Origin: the human T2T-CHM13v2.0 reference genome, Homo sapiens
DNA length: 64,000 nt
Direction: 5' to 3' (one strand)
Assembly: GCF_009914755.1 (NCBI RefSeq)
Contig: NC_060929.1
Under the pieces are notes generated by a model. It had not been told where the DNA came from, made no database searches, and worked only from the letters and a program-made list of their open reading frames with translations. Position numbers and translations under genes: made by a program. Position 1 is the stretch's first letter. Each line of letters begins with the position of its first letter. Of this stretch, positions 13,746 to 29,545 are shown piece after piece.

Positions 13746-15606
13746 AGTGAGGGGAAAGGGGCTCATGGAAAGGGGAAAGGTGTTTATTGTGTATCTACCT
13801 TGTACCTGGCACCATACTAAGCATTTTCAAATACATTATCTCCTTTAATTCTTGCCATACGTTCTGAAAGAAGCATTACAATCTCCATTTGATAGTGAAG
13901 AAAAAGCTTGAAGTAGGTAGCATAATTTGAGCAAACCACTCAATAAATATTTGTGGAAGAAAGGTGGGCAGGCAAGCAGGCAGCTGGAATGTGGTAGAAT
14001 TCATATTTGACCCACGAAGTCAATCTGGCACCAAGGTCTTTGTTTCATCATACATTATTCATGAACATCAACTTCTTTTTTGACAAGGTGAGCAGTATAT
14101 TCTGAGATTCTAAGTCTGAACTTTATGGAAGTATCTTTCTGACAGTCAGAATCAATACTTTTGTTCATCAGGCTGTAACCTTCTCTGCAGATTTGACATG
14201 CTATTCCCATGTAACACTGTCGCCTTTGATCCAAGCTAACGACTGTCATCTTCCATTTGGAAGAGAACAGAATTCAGGGTGAAGATTGTTAGCATTAACT
14301 CCCTACTATAGTCTAGAGCCTCCCATTTTGACTTGGAGAGGACTCATACCTTCAATTAGGATTTTTTAAAATGTAAAAAGCAGTTCCCTCTCCTCTTTTG
14401 GCAATCTGACATCTCCAAAGTCTTCTTTTAACAATCATGTCAGTTGGATGCTGTGCTCCTGTCATATTCTAGATGGAATCTTACATTGCTTCACATGGCC
14501 TACAAGTTCCAGTATAATCTGGTCCCTGCCTGCTTCTCTACCCCTAGGTCTGGTCACTTCACCTTCTGAAAGCATGGCCCAGCAATACATTTCTAATTTG
14601 TGTTTGGTTAGTATCTCATGTTCTCTAACATCTTCCTGCTTTGGCTTTCTGTCAAAATACCCTCCCAAATAATTCTTCATCTGGTGTAATTCCATTTTAA
14701 TGTTAAGTCATGCTTCCCAAAACATGGTTTTCTCTATAAAGCTTTCTTTGATCATCCATATTCTCTTAGCCAAATTCGATATTTGTCTTTGATTACAGAG
14801 TACCTTTCAATACCTCTACAATAATTATCTTGTCTCTTAATAAATACTTGTTGGATTTTCTCTCTATTAGATTACCAGCAACTTGAGGCACAGTATTTAT
14901 CTTACAATAGAAGTAGTAGTAGAAAGACTTGATATTTATGTAGTGCTTACAATATAGTAGCCATTGGATCACACATTTTATATGTAGTATCGCTTTTAAC
15001 TTAAGCAATAATAGTATTATTGTATACTGAGTACATGTTATTTTGGAGGCACCATACTTACAAAATTATATAACACTTATCATTCTCATTCCACAGACGA
15101 AAAACTAAAGTTCAGAAATGCTAAATCACTCACTCAAGGCACAGAACTAGCAAATAGCAGAATCACACTTTGACCCCACACATAATGCTCATTCTAATAT
15201 ATGTATTTTTTTTCTGTCAATGTCCGCTGAACAAATGAATTTACTTCTATTCCTCGGGGCCATATCTGAGGTGAGCCATAAGCCAATGGTATCATCTATT
15301 CAATCACATCTGTCTGAAGACTTTCCAAGCAAGCCAAGTGAATCTTATTACATTCCCCAAACTCATCCTGTTCATTCCCGAAACATATCTCATTTGGCTC
15401 AACGTGAAAGGTTGGCACTCTCCTTTTTTGCCTATACAAATATTCTCCAAAATTCCACGTTTTTATTTTAGAACCTCAGATTGGAAAACTATAGCCAACT
15501 TTTCTAAACTCAATGTCACCCTCTGTATGGTGAATTTTGATACGTCATTAGCATGCAATCCAGCAACACATGAAATAGGAAGAAGTTATTTGCCATGGTT
15601 TTATCT

Positions 15607-15865
15607 CTGGAGCCTGACTGCCTCAGTTCAAGTTCCAGGCTTACTTTCTATTGGCTGTGTTACTTTGGGACCAGTACTTAAGCCTCAAGTTTCTTGGCTG
15701 TAAAATGAAGATAGTAGTACCTCTAGCTTCATAGAATATGAAAATTAATTGAAATAATAGAATAATGTGAAATATGAAATAGAAAATTAAACCAGAAAAT
15801 CTACTTCTGACATTAGCATAGCTTCTGTTTCATATTAAGAGCTCAATATTTATTACTTTATATTA
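15607..15865 (+). mobile_element. MIR relic
   Basis: CTGGAGCCTGACTGCCTCAGTTCAAGTTCCAGGCT...CTGTAAAATGAAGATAGTAGTACC. Confidence 0.7.
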
Positions 15866-18340
15866 TTAACTAATTAGATAAGAGATTATCTATACCTAAA
15901 GAGACTAAGTCCTTGAGTTTACAAATGGAGAAAGAAGCCAAGAAAGAGAAAGCTGCTGATTCAAAGTCATGTTACTCAACTGAGAATTCCACCCAAATTT
16001 TAATGACTCTCAGCCTCAGGCAATGTTGATGTAGCTTTTTATATTTGACAGACATATGCAACTTCAAGGTATGAATACTTACTTAATCCCCATTCACATT
16101 CTTTATTGTTTCTAGCCAAGTGATTATTAAAGTTTTGCCAAGTAAAGGATTACAGAGTTTCTCAAAAAACATCCTTTAGCTAAGTCTTAATATTCAGTGG
16201 AATTTTTCTCTGCCATGAAGTTGGCTTTCTTTGAGATTAAGAATAGGGCTAGAAAGTAGCAGTAGTATATTCATCAAGGAAGAGGAAGAAAGGGGGAGGA
16301 AATGAGGAAAGAGAGATCCATTATGAACAATTTTAGAAATAGAATCACCAGGCTTTCAAATTCTAAGCATCTGGGGAAGGAATCAGACTTGTTACAGGAA
16401 ATAGCTATTTACTGAGAGTTGAAGGCACTTTGTTTCTCTAATCCAGGGCCTGCTAAGCCTTATGTTTCTAAGATTCACAGAAAATGCAAATTGAGAAGAG
16501 AACAAACTCATCTTTCTTTGCCAAATTATCTCTTATTTAATCCAAGACAAACTTTTCCCAGACTTAGAAACCATGACAAGCAGTTTTCCCTTAAAGACCA
16601 GACATAGAGCCCAATGAATCTGCCAGTGTTAGACAATCGTGTTTATGACTCTTCTTTTATAGGATTACCATTAGTAAAGGTACGAAGGAAGTCAAGTTTA
16701 TTATCCTATCCCTGTGCATCCTTTATGTTCTCCTCTCATCTCAGGCACTCATTCATCATCTCCACCAGGCCTCTCAGGCCACATGTCATCCATGGTTGGC
16801 CAATACCTTCACCGGAGGACAGTATTCTACCCCAGTCAGTTTCTCAGGGCTCAAAACATATGCTCTTCCCTCCAAATTCCGATTCTCTTAATATGAGAAC
16901 TATAACTCCACTGTAAGCTTTTTGATAGTAGGGTCTTATATACGTGTGTCTCTCTAAGAGTAGCAAAGAGAATATTCATAGCAGAAGGTCAAGGCATATC
17001 TGGTATGTGTGTAGATAGATGAACAAGTGAAGGAATTCAGTAAATGTGAGAATGGAAGAATCTACACAAAATAACATGCTATGAACAATATGGTAGCTCT
17101 TCCACTGGTCCTTTCATTTTAATAGAATATTTATTTTTTCCAAAATAAAGCATTTCTAGAGAAGGTATGTGGGCAAGTGTCTTTCCTCATTTACTCCAGG
17201 AACACTCTGTAGGCAGCTACATACTCCACACTTTTGAGAAACTGTGTGATCTATAAATACCTGTCTCCTGGAACGTAGAGGTGGGATTGCAAACTGGGAA
17301 CTGCTCTGATTTTAATAAACTCAAGTTTTCCCCTACAACTCTCAATGGATACATTAATAAAGGAAAACATGAAGAACAATAACAACAATAACAATAATAA
17401 TAATGTTACTATTCCCAAATGTTAAGGATAGGGAAAAGAAACTGTTAGAAGAACTTGAGTTCAAAATACCTGTAGAGAACAGTCTTTGAGCAGAGGTTAT
17501 TGATTAAAAAAAAAAAAAAAGAAACTAGAGTTAAAAACTTTGTGAGAGGAAAAGTGCTAAGAGCTATCTGTCTTAATAGCATTTCGATGGGAGGCTGAAG
17601 ACTGAAAAAAAGAAATTTTGTACCATGAATATAAAGACCTGAATTTGAGTTTCAGTTCTACCAATAATTTAGTTCTAGGGTCTTAGGCCATTCATTTAAT
17701 CACTCTAAATCACTTATCTCACCTTACAAAAGGAGAGAGTCAACTGCAAAAGTACTGGGATAGTGCATTTTAATGGGAAGGTGGTCACATTCCCACTAAA
17801 GGAGCAGCATTACTAGAGAAGAGAATCAGAACCCAAAGTGAAAGCTATTCTCCTTCCTCTGCCCCCACAGAGGGAAGAACCAGGGGATGAGATGAAGCTC
17901 CCTCATCGCAGCTTTAGCCAAGCTCTCTGTCACTGACACTCTGCTTTCTTTAGGATTTTGCAATACGCAAAGTTTTGAGGAGACCAGTGATCCACACACT
18001 GTCTGTAGCCTGTCGACAGATCACATGGTGACCATAACTTTGTGGTGATGTGAACAGCTGTTTAAAGTCAGAACTATTTCAACTTTTTCTCTTGCTTTTC
18101 AATTTAAGTTTCTTTCCAAATGGGCTATGCAGTATTCTGGTTGAAGCTGTTTCCTTTTATCAAGCCTCCTTCAGATGAAAGACAAGGCAAACATCAGCTG
18201 GTAAGATAATAGTATTTTAATGCTTTGCTCTCTTTCTTGCTGCAAAAGAATGATGAAATTCTGACCTGAAGACCATCCAAGAGGATACTCCAGGCTGGCC
18301 CATTAAGGTCTTAATGTTTATAATGTAAAACTTTCTAGAG

Positions 18341-18650
18341 CAGCACTATCCAAGAGAAATATAGTCAAAGTCCCATATGCAAGCAAAGTGTAATTTTAAA
18401 TTCTCTAGTAACTATATTTAAAAAGCTAAAAAAAAACCCAGATAAAATTAATTAGCATATTTTATTATCTCCTATATACCCACAATATTATCATCTTAAA
18501 ATGTAATCGATACAGCAGTTGAGAGATATTTTACATTTTTTTCCAAGTCTACAAAATCACTATGTATTTTATACTTACAGCATATCTTAAATCAGACAAG
18601 CCACTATTCAAATGCTCAGTAGAAACATGTGACCATATTGGACAATATAC
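18341..18650. mobile_element. MER33 hAT-Charlie MITE
   Basis: CAGCACTATCCAA...TTGGACAATA ends, about 310 bp, NTCTAGAN-type TSD TTCTAGAG/CTCTAGAC. Confidence 0.75.
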
Positions 18651-19106
18651 CTCTAGACCTTTGCTGTATCTTTTTGTTCAATATATATTTTATTAGCACG
18701 GTTTATAGAGGCATTTTCTAGCAAGAATAAAAAATTAACGTGGAATACAATATTAATAAATGTTTGCTGCTTTGCAAATGAAAAAATCACTAGATTTATA
18801 AAGGTTTTATGATTTCTTAAGTTATTTTTTGTGGAGTGCAACATGAAATAAGGCAGGAATGGTACTACCCTACAAAGAAATAAGATAAGAGTCCATTGTA
18901 GAGATGACTGCTATAAATGGAAGTAATAATCTCTTAAGTAATTTATAATCTAATAGGGAAAATAGGATAAATGCTTTCAAAGATATTTAAGTGTCAGTAA
19001 AAAGCAATATACATCTAAACCACCAAATGAGAGAAAACCACCTATGTATTCTATAGAAATTAAAGAAACAAAATTCCACCTCTTAGGTAAACGTCGTGAA
19101 GATTGC

Positions 19107-19174
19107 TAACATACAAGGTTGGAGGAAAAGTGACTGGAGTTAATGTACAAGGTTGGAAGGAAAGTGAGTGGAGG
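19107..19174. repeat. 2 x 34-bp imperfect tandem duplication
   Basis: TAACATACAAGGTTGGAGGAAAAGTGACTGGAGT / TAATGTACAAGGTTGGAAGGAAAGTGAGTGGAGG. Confidence 0.8.
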
Positions 19175-20120
19175 AAAGTTTTCCAAATATCCCTAAAAAT
19201 TACATCTTTCAACACAGCCATTTTAATTCTACGCTTTGAGAAAATTACTGGATAAGGACATAAAAATGAACATAATGGGATGCTTACTTCACTGATATGA
19301 GACTACTGAAAACTTGGAAACAAATTAATCCACTAATGTGGCAATAATTAAACATATTATAAATCTATTTAAATATATATGTAGATATGTCTAGATTATG
19401 CAGTTGTTGAAATGCCAATGCAGTTTTATATTTCTTAATATATATATTAAATGAAAAAATTCAGGTTATGGAATTGTATATATAAGACATCACTTAAAGT
19501 ACACGCACATAGCAATGGGGATATTTAAATTTTGCTTTGCACTTTTTAGAAATAATATTTTAATGAGCATACAGTGCTTTAATCAGAATAAGCAATAAGT
19601 CTGCATTTTGGAAAAGAACTACATCATGGAAACTTGAAGAATAACAAAAATAAAAAATAAAGGAAAAGATCATCATGGCCTGTAGAGGTTAAAACAATTT
19701 TCTTTAAAGAGAGGAACACTGACTAAGAAGAGAATACAAGAAAATTATTCTTTATTCAAAAGTGCTACATTTTCCTGTGACTCATTTGTCTCTAAAGTGA
19801 CTTAGTTACAAGCCTTTGATCTTCTTAAACTTGAAATTTAAGAGAAAAATCTCTTCTTAAAGTAGGGCTATCAAATGATTTCCTATTTGACAGGTTTAAA
19901 GATTGCAACCTTCACTGGAACATGCACTCAAGTTTACTTGCCAAGAGCAAACCACAGGAAGGAAACTTGGGGGCAGAAATGAAGTGTTGAACTGGGAAAT
20001 AAAGTAAGGGCAAAGCCATTAAAACATAAAATCAGCTCAGAGAAAGGTCAACTGAGAATGTGTCACATAAAGAATGAAACACAGACAGGACTTTTATCCA
20101 GGAAAAACAACATAGGTTAT

Positions 20121-20227
20121 GGGTGCAGGACACCAACATGGCACATGTATACATATGTAACAAACCTGCACATTGTGCACCTGTACCCTAAAACTTAAAG
20201 TATAATAATAATAAAATAAAATAAAAT
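20121..20227 (+). mobile_element. Extremely 5'-truncated L1PA (last ~85 nt plus tail)
   Basis: GGGTGCAGGACACCAACATGGCACATG...AAACTTAAAGTATAAT with (TAAAA)n tail; perfect 18-bp TSD AAAAACAACATAGGTTAT at 20103-20120 and 20228-20245. Confidence 0.95.
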
Positions 20228-20281
20228 AAAAACAACATAGGTTATCTCTTGGCTCCCCTAGAAAAATTCATTCTTACTGTG

Positions 20282-20596
20282 TGCTCTGGCCTGAATGTTT
20301 GTGTCTCCACAAAATTTATATATTGAAATCTAATCCACAATGACATTAAGAAGAGGTGGGACCTTTAGGAGAGAATTAGGTCATGAAAGTGGAAGCCTCA
20401 TGAATGAGATTTGTACCAGGCCTGAGGGAGCTTATTTGTTCCTTTCACTATGTGAGGACATAGGATCCCACCAAACAATGAATCTGCTGGAAACTTAATC
20501 TTGGACTTCCCAACCTCCAGAACTGTGAGAAATAAATGTTTATAAACCACCCGGTTTGTGGTATTTTTGTTATAGCAGCCCATGTATCCTACGACA
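20282..20596 (+). mobile_element. MLT1A-type MaLR solo LTR
   Basis: CTGAATGTTTGTGTCTCC...GGACTTCCCAACCTCCAGAACTGTGAGAAATAAATG...GTTATAGCAGCC. Confidence 0.8.
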
Positions 20597-20799
20597 TCTT
20601 CCTCTGTGATGGGCACTTTACCCCAACTTCCTCATTCTTTACTGTTTCACTTCCAGGAGACAGGATCAAGTCCTCATGATCTCACACCTGGACTGAAGCC
20701 ATCACTTCACACTCAGGTCTCTCCCTCTCAGTTCATTGTAGGTGCTCTCCTTTCCTGACTTCAAACAGTCACATGCTCCTCAGTCCTTTCTGGGTAGCC

Positions 20800-21138
20800 C
20801 AGAGGCTGGTGAAGCCAGCCAATTAGGTCCTTACATCTCTGGGGTTTTTGGCATTGCTGCTGTTTTGCTTCCAATATTAATTTTTTTAAAAAATAGATTA
20901 GTAGGCCACATTTGAAATGTACAATACTTTACATGAAACCCTAAATCTTCCACTCCTCCTTAAAAATCAGAAAGATGAACAACATTGATCTCACTTACAG
21001 AAGACATAAAAATGTCTTTGAACTGAATGCCAGCTGCCTCTTTTCAGCAAGGACAAGAGGTGACTTGCTTTCTTTTTCTTTCTTCTTCCCTCTAACAATC
21101 CCCTCCCCGCAGTTTGTTTCACTCATTTAGATCACCGC
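20800..21138 (+). mobile_element. MER102-like hAT element interrupted near its end by THE1B
   Basis: CTTAAAAATCAGAAAGAT, GCCAGCTGCCTCTTT, TTCACTCATTTA; a weak remainder follows the LTR at about 21514-21545. Confidence 0.5.
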
Positions 21139-21513
21139 TGATATAGTTTGGCTCTGCGTCCCCACCCAAATCTCACCTTGAATTGTACTCCCATAATTCC
21201 CACATGTTGTGGAAGGGACTAGGTGGGAGATAATTGAATCATGGGAGTGGTTTCCCCCATACTTTTCATGTGGTAGTGAATAATTCTCATGAGATCTAAT
21301 GGTTTTATCAGAGGTTTCTGCTTTTGTGTCTTCCTCACTCTCTCTTTGCCTGCTGCCATCCATGTAAGATGTGACTTGCTCCTCCTTGCCTTCTGCCATA
21401 ATTGTGAGGCCTCCCCAGCCAAGTGGAACTGTAAGTGCATTAAACATTTTTCTTTTGTAAATTGTCCAGTCTCAGGTATGTCTTTATCAGCAGCATAGAA
21501 ATGAACTAATACG
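21139..21513 (+). mobile_element. THE1B solo LTR
   Basis: TGATATAGTTTGGCTCTGCGTCCCCACCCAAATCTCACCTTGAATTGTACTCCCATAATTCCC...TTATCAGCAGC...ACTAATAC. Confidence 0.9.
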
Positions 21514-22656
21514 CCTGCTTTGTCACTACAGGGTATCTACAAGCCTTCCATGATGTAACGTGGGACCCTTCCCAACATAATCTACCCCACCTTCCCAGAG
21601 ATATTTCCCATGTGACTCCTTCATATATTGAATTCCATGTGTACCGTCAGCATGCTTTTCTCTTTTCCATACCCCATATCTTGCCTTCCTATCATGAAGG
21701 TAACCTTTAAGTTATTTGTCTTCTGAGTTTTCCTGACCATCTGCCAAAAATGAACTCTTTCTTCTCTAGATTTGGTCAGAAATTAGCATCTGTGTCTTTC
21801 ATCTAGAAACTATGAATGACCCTGTGCATGTGTTCTGCTACTTGCTAAGTACTTTCCCCAATAATTCTGAGTTCCACAAAATTATACAATATAGTATAAT
21901 GCTTAACAAAGTTTTATTAATTGATCCATATACAAATCAGGCAATATGAGTCTGCTTTTCTCATCTTGGCTAGTTTCAGCGACATATCATCCATAGTACA
22001 GAGAGCAAATTGAGAAAGCAAGATCTTGGTGATCAATAGGTTGACTTGGGGCTTGCCAGAAAGTCACTCGAGTGACATCCAGGAAACAGTTTCTTCTTAA
22101 TGCAGGAAGGATTGCTTTGATAATTGCCAAAGCTCTTCTCAAATGAGTTGCTATGATTACAAGAGCTTTGCTAATTCCACTTTCCCACTGAAACCACAAG
22201 AAAAAAGAAAAGCAGTTTGTAATCTTAAGTTTTCTAGCTTCCTTGCTTGCTGGGATTTGCACTTTCAGGAGAGACAAGTGTTTTCCTTGAGAAACAGACA
22301 CATCAATTTTATCTTGTGTATACAGGGTATCAGTAAAGCCCTTATTCGTTCTGATTAGTATCTCAATGATCATGTGTTACCCATTGAATTTTACTAAATG
22401 TCCGCTCTGCTCATGCACCCCATAACCAGGATTTAAATAACTGTTATGTTGCTCATTTATTGAATAGGTCCTCTGCTATGCTCTGAGTCCAGGAAAAGGA
22501 AACACAGGTTAAGACACAGGAGCAGGGAGAGGTTCTTGGTCATAGGTAGCCACAGGCAGCCCCAGTGCTAACATTCAGCCTTCATTTTACACAGGAATAT
22601 TTTTACTCTACTACATTGCAAAAAGGAGAACTGTTTTCAGACTTTGGTATTGTTAA

Positions 22657-24190
<1,534 letters not shown>

Positions 24191-24249
24191 GCACCAAATT
24201 CTTTTTTTAAATGTCTAGTATTTACATAGAATCCAGGATGGCTCTAGTT

Positions 24250-24465
24250 AAAAAGTCAGCAAAGTGTAGCACATGAGTCAAATTTGGCCTGCCACCTATT
24301 TTTGTAAATAAAGCTTTCCAGTACACAGGTATGCCCATTTGTTTATATTTTGTCTATATATGCTTTATCATGGGAAAGTACTTGACTAGTTGCAACAGAC
24401 TACATGGCTATGAAGCCTAAAATACTTACCATCTGGCTGTTTGCATAAAAAATTGTAGATGTCTA
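24250..24465 (-). mobile_element. MER58A hAT MITE
   Basis: CCACCTATTTTTGTAAATAAAG...AAGCCTAAAATACTTACCATCTGGC; reverse of the copy at 56558. Confidence 0.75.
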
Positions 24466-25920
24466 TCTTCTTGGTTAAATGAATAAACTGCAACTAATAT
24501 CAAAGGCAGATTATCCCCTTTACAGAACCTCAAAACCCACCAGATATAAATAAATACAAAGATAGACAAAGAGAAGAGTGAATGAATGAGCTTACTGGAT
24601 TATTGCAAGAAGATTATCTTGGAAATACACAGACCTGAAGCAGTTGATACTGGCCTTACCAAAGCCACAAAGATGGAAATTACATCTGGGAACTTGGATT
24701 TTCTTGGCGGTGGCTACTAGCTTCCAGGTTAACCTTGGTCAATTGCTACTTTTATGATTAAATGTAAAGCCTTGGCATCCTATTTTATCTACCCATCTTT
24801 TGCTCCCCACAAACCTTAATGGAAAAGCGTGACCCTCAAATGTCTGTCTGAGCAAATGGTGAGTCACACAGATTCAGTGCCTGTGCAGAGATGTAGCCAC
24901 ACATCACTCACTCGAGACTATTTCCAGTGGTCCTCACCCATTCTAGTGGCTTCTGTTTCTCTCAAACTCACTGAAGTGATGGTGAGCATGCAGTAAGAAA
25001 AGGCTGACAGCTATCTGACCTTTAGTTAATTGAACAACAGATTTCTACAGCTTCCAAAAGCAGCAGGGAAAGAAAATAGAAGAAATATATCACACCAATA
25101 AACTTTTTCTGATTTAAGCATCAAGTAAGTTATGCGTGTATTTATGGAATATTTGAGGGTGTGGGTGGATAAAAGGTAAAAATAGATGCAACTTCCAATG
25201 CAAGGTACTTAAGAAAAATTTACATTTATTCCAGTGAGGTACAATAGTAAATTAGAGCTTTGGTAACTGACAGGTGGTCATAACATCTACTTTGGAAATG
25301 TTGCTATATTTTTGTATTCATTTAAATTAGTATAGTACTTCATGCCAAGCAGATATTTTATGCATACAATTACAGTGATAGTTTTGAAGGCTCCAGAAAG
25401 ATGCTATTAGCCTAAGCTATTACCATAGAAGTACTCCATGTCAGTTTTGGCTAGCATTAATCATGGGAGTGGAGACCTGAACACAGTTGTATATAGAGGC
25501 AATATTACATTCACTAATAACATTCCCTAAAGATCTAATTCTGCTCATCAGTGTGTATAATTTAAATAATTTTTCATATATGGGACTTTGATTTCTCATG
25601 TTGGAATTTTATATACCAAATGTGTTATGATCTCATTATGTGAAGAACGTTGTGTCATGATTAAGGTAGAACTGACAAAGACCTGATCCTGCCACTCAAA
25701 GTACTCAGAGTCCAGTGAGAGATAAAAGATCTTGAGGAGAGACCCTTCTACCTTGGTTTCATCCCTTAAGCATTTGCATCAGCAGAATTGCATGTAGCTG
25801 GAAGCAGGGAGAATGGGCAAGATAGTAAAGTGAGCTAGGCCAATGGAGTAGGCATAATTTCTCTTCAATTGGCTGTTCTTGCTTTGAAATTTCCTGGGAT
25901 AACCATTTTGGAATGAGATT

Positions 25921-26635
25921 TCCCAGACTCATATCCAGGCCAGAGAAAAACAGATTCTCTGGTAGCACAGCCTGGGAATCAAATGCCCCAGGGAACCCTG
26001 AAGCACATTCAAGTCTCAGAACCAATAACATCACTATCCTCTGACTCCTCAATCAGAAGCCACAAGTCATCCCAGTGTGTTCTCCATATCCCTTACACCA
26101 GTGAATATCAAACATCAGGCATTTCAGAGTCAGCTGACAGGAGTAAGGGGCAGTGGCAAAAATACATCTGAGAGTCTGATTCTGTAGCTCTAGGGTGAGA
26201 CTTCTAACATATGTCGTTTCCCAGTCAACCTCAGGAAATGCTGCCACAAATACAACCGACCAGCAAATCCTATTACTCCTACCCTGGAACGCACACCCGG
26301 GCCAGAGAAAAACAGATTCTCTTGTAGCACAGCCTGGGAATCAAATGCCCCAGGGAACCCTGAAGCACATTGAAGTCTCAGAACCAATAACATCACTATC
26401 CTCTGACTTCTCAATCAGAAGCCACAAGTCATCCCAGTGTGTTCTCCATATCCCTTACACCAGCGAATATCAAGCATCAGGCATTTTGGAGTCAGCTGGT
26501 AGGAGTGAGGGGCAGTGGCAAAAATACATCTGAGAGTCTGATTCTGTGGATTTAGGGTGCGGCTTCTAATGTAATTAATTTCCCAGTTGCCCTTAGGAAA
26601 TGCTGCAACAAATACAACTGTTCAGCATGTCCCAT
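25921..26635. repeat. Tandem duplication, period 362 bp, containing MER5-like remnants
   Basis: 25938-26185 vs 26300-26547 differ at 10 of 248 positions by manual count; duplicated peptides are visible in the ORF track. Confidence 0.95.
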
Positions 26636-26639
26636 CTCT

Positions 26640-27190
26640 AATTCTTCTCTCATCTTTTCTAACACCCATAGTCACAGCATTAGGCTCCCCACATCTCCCT
26701 CTAGAATTTCTGGAAGAGCCCACTAATTAATCTCCCTGTCTTCAGTCTTATTATGTGCCTCAGCTCAGTTCCTTAAACTGTTTTGAAAATGAAGTATACG
26801 CAACATGCCTCTTTCTTGCCTACATTCCATCTATCCTAAAGGTGAGTCCCATGCTTTCAGGATAAAGTCTGCGTTGCTATGTCTGACACGGAAGCCCTTT
26901 GTGAGGTAGCCCCTGTTTTCCTCTGATTCTTGATTCTACCCCTCTTGACAATTGCAACCTTCATTCTCTGGCTTCAGACAAAGTAAACTACACAGTCTGG
27001 AGAATCTCGCTCATAGTTCTGTGCTCCTGTCCTGTCATTGCATCACTATGTGTGATTATACTTCTATGTGATTATTTAATGAGGGTCTGTCTGCACACTA
27101 CAGTGTAAGCTTCAGGAGGACAGGGTCATGTCTATCTGAGCTTGGCATCTAACACATTACCAGGCCTTCGATAAGCACTCTTAAAATTTT
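26640..27190 (+). mobile_element. L2 3' fragment (target of the following L1)
   Basis: TGTAAGCTTCAGGAGGACAGGGTCATGTCT...TAAGCACTC. Confidence 0.6.
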
Positions 27191-27196
27191 TGTTAC

Positions 27197-28248
<1,052 letters not shown>

Positions 28249-29344
28249 TTCGTTACATAAGTGAATACAATATAAGGCAGTGCCAAGGCTCCATATCTAA
28301 AAATATGTTACTTCTCTTGCTTGGGATGACTTTCTCTCTCTTTATTTGTTTACTGATTCCCACCAAATTATTCAAGTCCCAGTTCAAGTGTTCTGAGCAT
28401 GTCCCTTCTTTGCTTACTTTCCAATTTTTAAAGAAACTTTGCAGCCATGTAACTTCCTGGCCTTGAAATGACTAAAGAGGAGTTTACTGGTCCCACTGTT
28501 GTGCTCTGTACACACTTCTCTAATTGCATTTATCACATTATATTGCAATTGTTGACTGGCATGTCTGTCTCTGCTATAACACAATGCAACATCAGAGAAT
28601 GAGGGCTGTAATTTGAATTCCGATTTGTAACAAAGTGTCGGCCATAGAACAGATGCCCTACAAACATTGGTGAATGAATAAAAATAAAATCAAACAAGTC
28701 AGTGAATCAACAGGTGAGTGAATGTATTAATAAGTGAGTGATCAGGGGCTGGAGCAGCAAACTTCTGTGCAAGCTGCACCTGACAGCAATTGGAAGCCAA
28801 ATTGGGTCTCAGGCATCCAGTCAAACCAGCAAATAGGCCAACATTTGGATTTCTCACATGGAAGTCACTGGTACTATCCAGAAGCTCCACTGGGACTGGG
28901 AGCACAGCAGAAGATATTCAGAAGTTATTATCTTGGAGTCACAGTCTTCTGCAAACATAGATCAGAACATGCCCTGGCTTTCCTCAATCACCTCTCAATG
29001 CCTATTTAAAAAGTTTGAATCCTTTAGTCTGTCATTCAAGCCAGCATAATATAAAGGTCAAAATTATCTTTTAGCATTTTGCCCATATTCCTTATACACA
29101 CATCTTTTGGTCCTATAAAGACTACTGGATAGTCTCCTGGAGTTATTACATAATTCCATTATTTTAGCTTAGGCCTCTCCTTCAGTCAGGAGTGACTCTG
29201 CTCCACTGCAGTTCCAGCTCATTTTCCCCTGACAAAATCTCATTCATCCTTCAACATCTTCAGTGCCACCTCCCCTATGAAACCTTCCTTGATTCTTCCA
29301 GTCAATAAAGCATTTCTTCTTTTACATAATACAGATGGTGGCAA

Positions 29345-29545
29345 AATGTACACATTTGAGAGCCAGACTCCTTGGGGTTCACTCAGTTGTACCATAGATC
29401 TATTCTGTAAACTGGACAACTCACTTATTGCCACTTTATGCCTCAGTTTCTTCACCTGAAAATGAGGTCAATAATAGTACCAACCTCAGAGGAGTTTTGT
29501 AAGCTAGAGAGGAAAGGAGTTAATCTGTTGAAAACATTAAGTATA
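29345..29545 (+). mobile_element. MIR relic
   Basis: GAGCCAGACTCCTTGGGGTTCA...ATGCCTCAGTTTCTTCACCTGAAAATGAGG. Confidence 0.7.

Noticed and set aside
24855-24870. ATG|GTGAGTCA donor / AP-1 motif
   Set aside because: Single short motif without a convincing paired acceptor; expected by chance in 64 kb.
25921-26635. Repeat as a CRISPR array or duplicated coding exon
   Set aside because: Primate DNA, two long units with no repeat-spacer pattern; the peptides are chance frames over MER5-like sequence.
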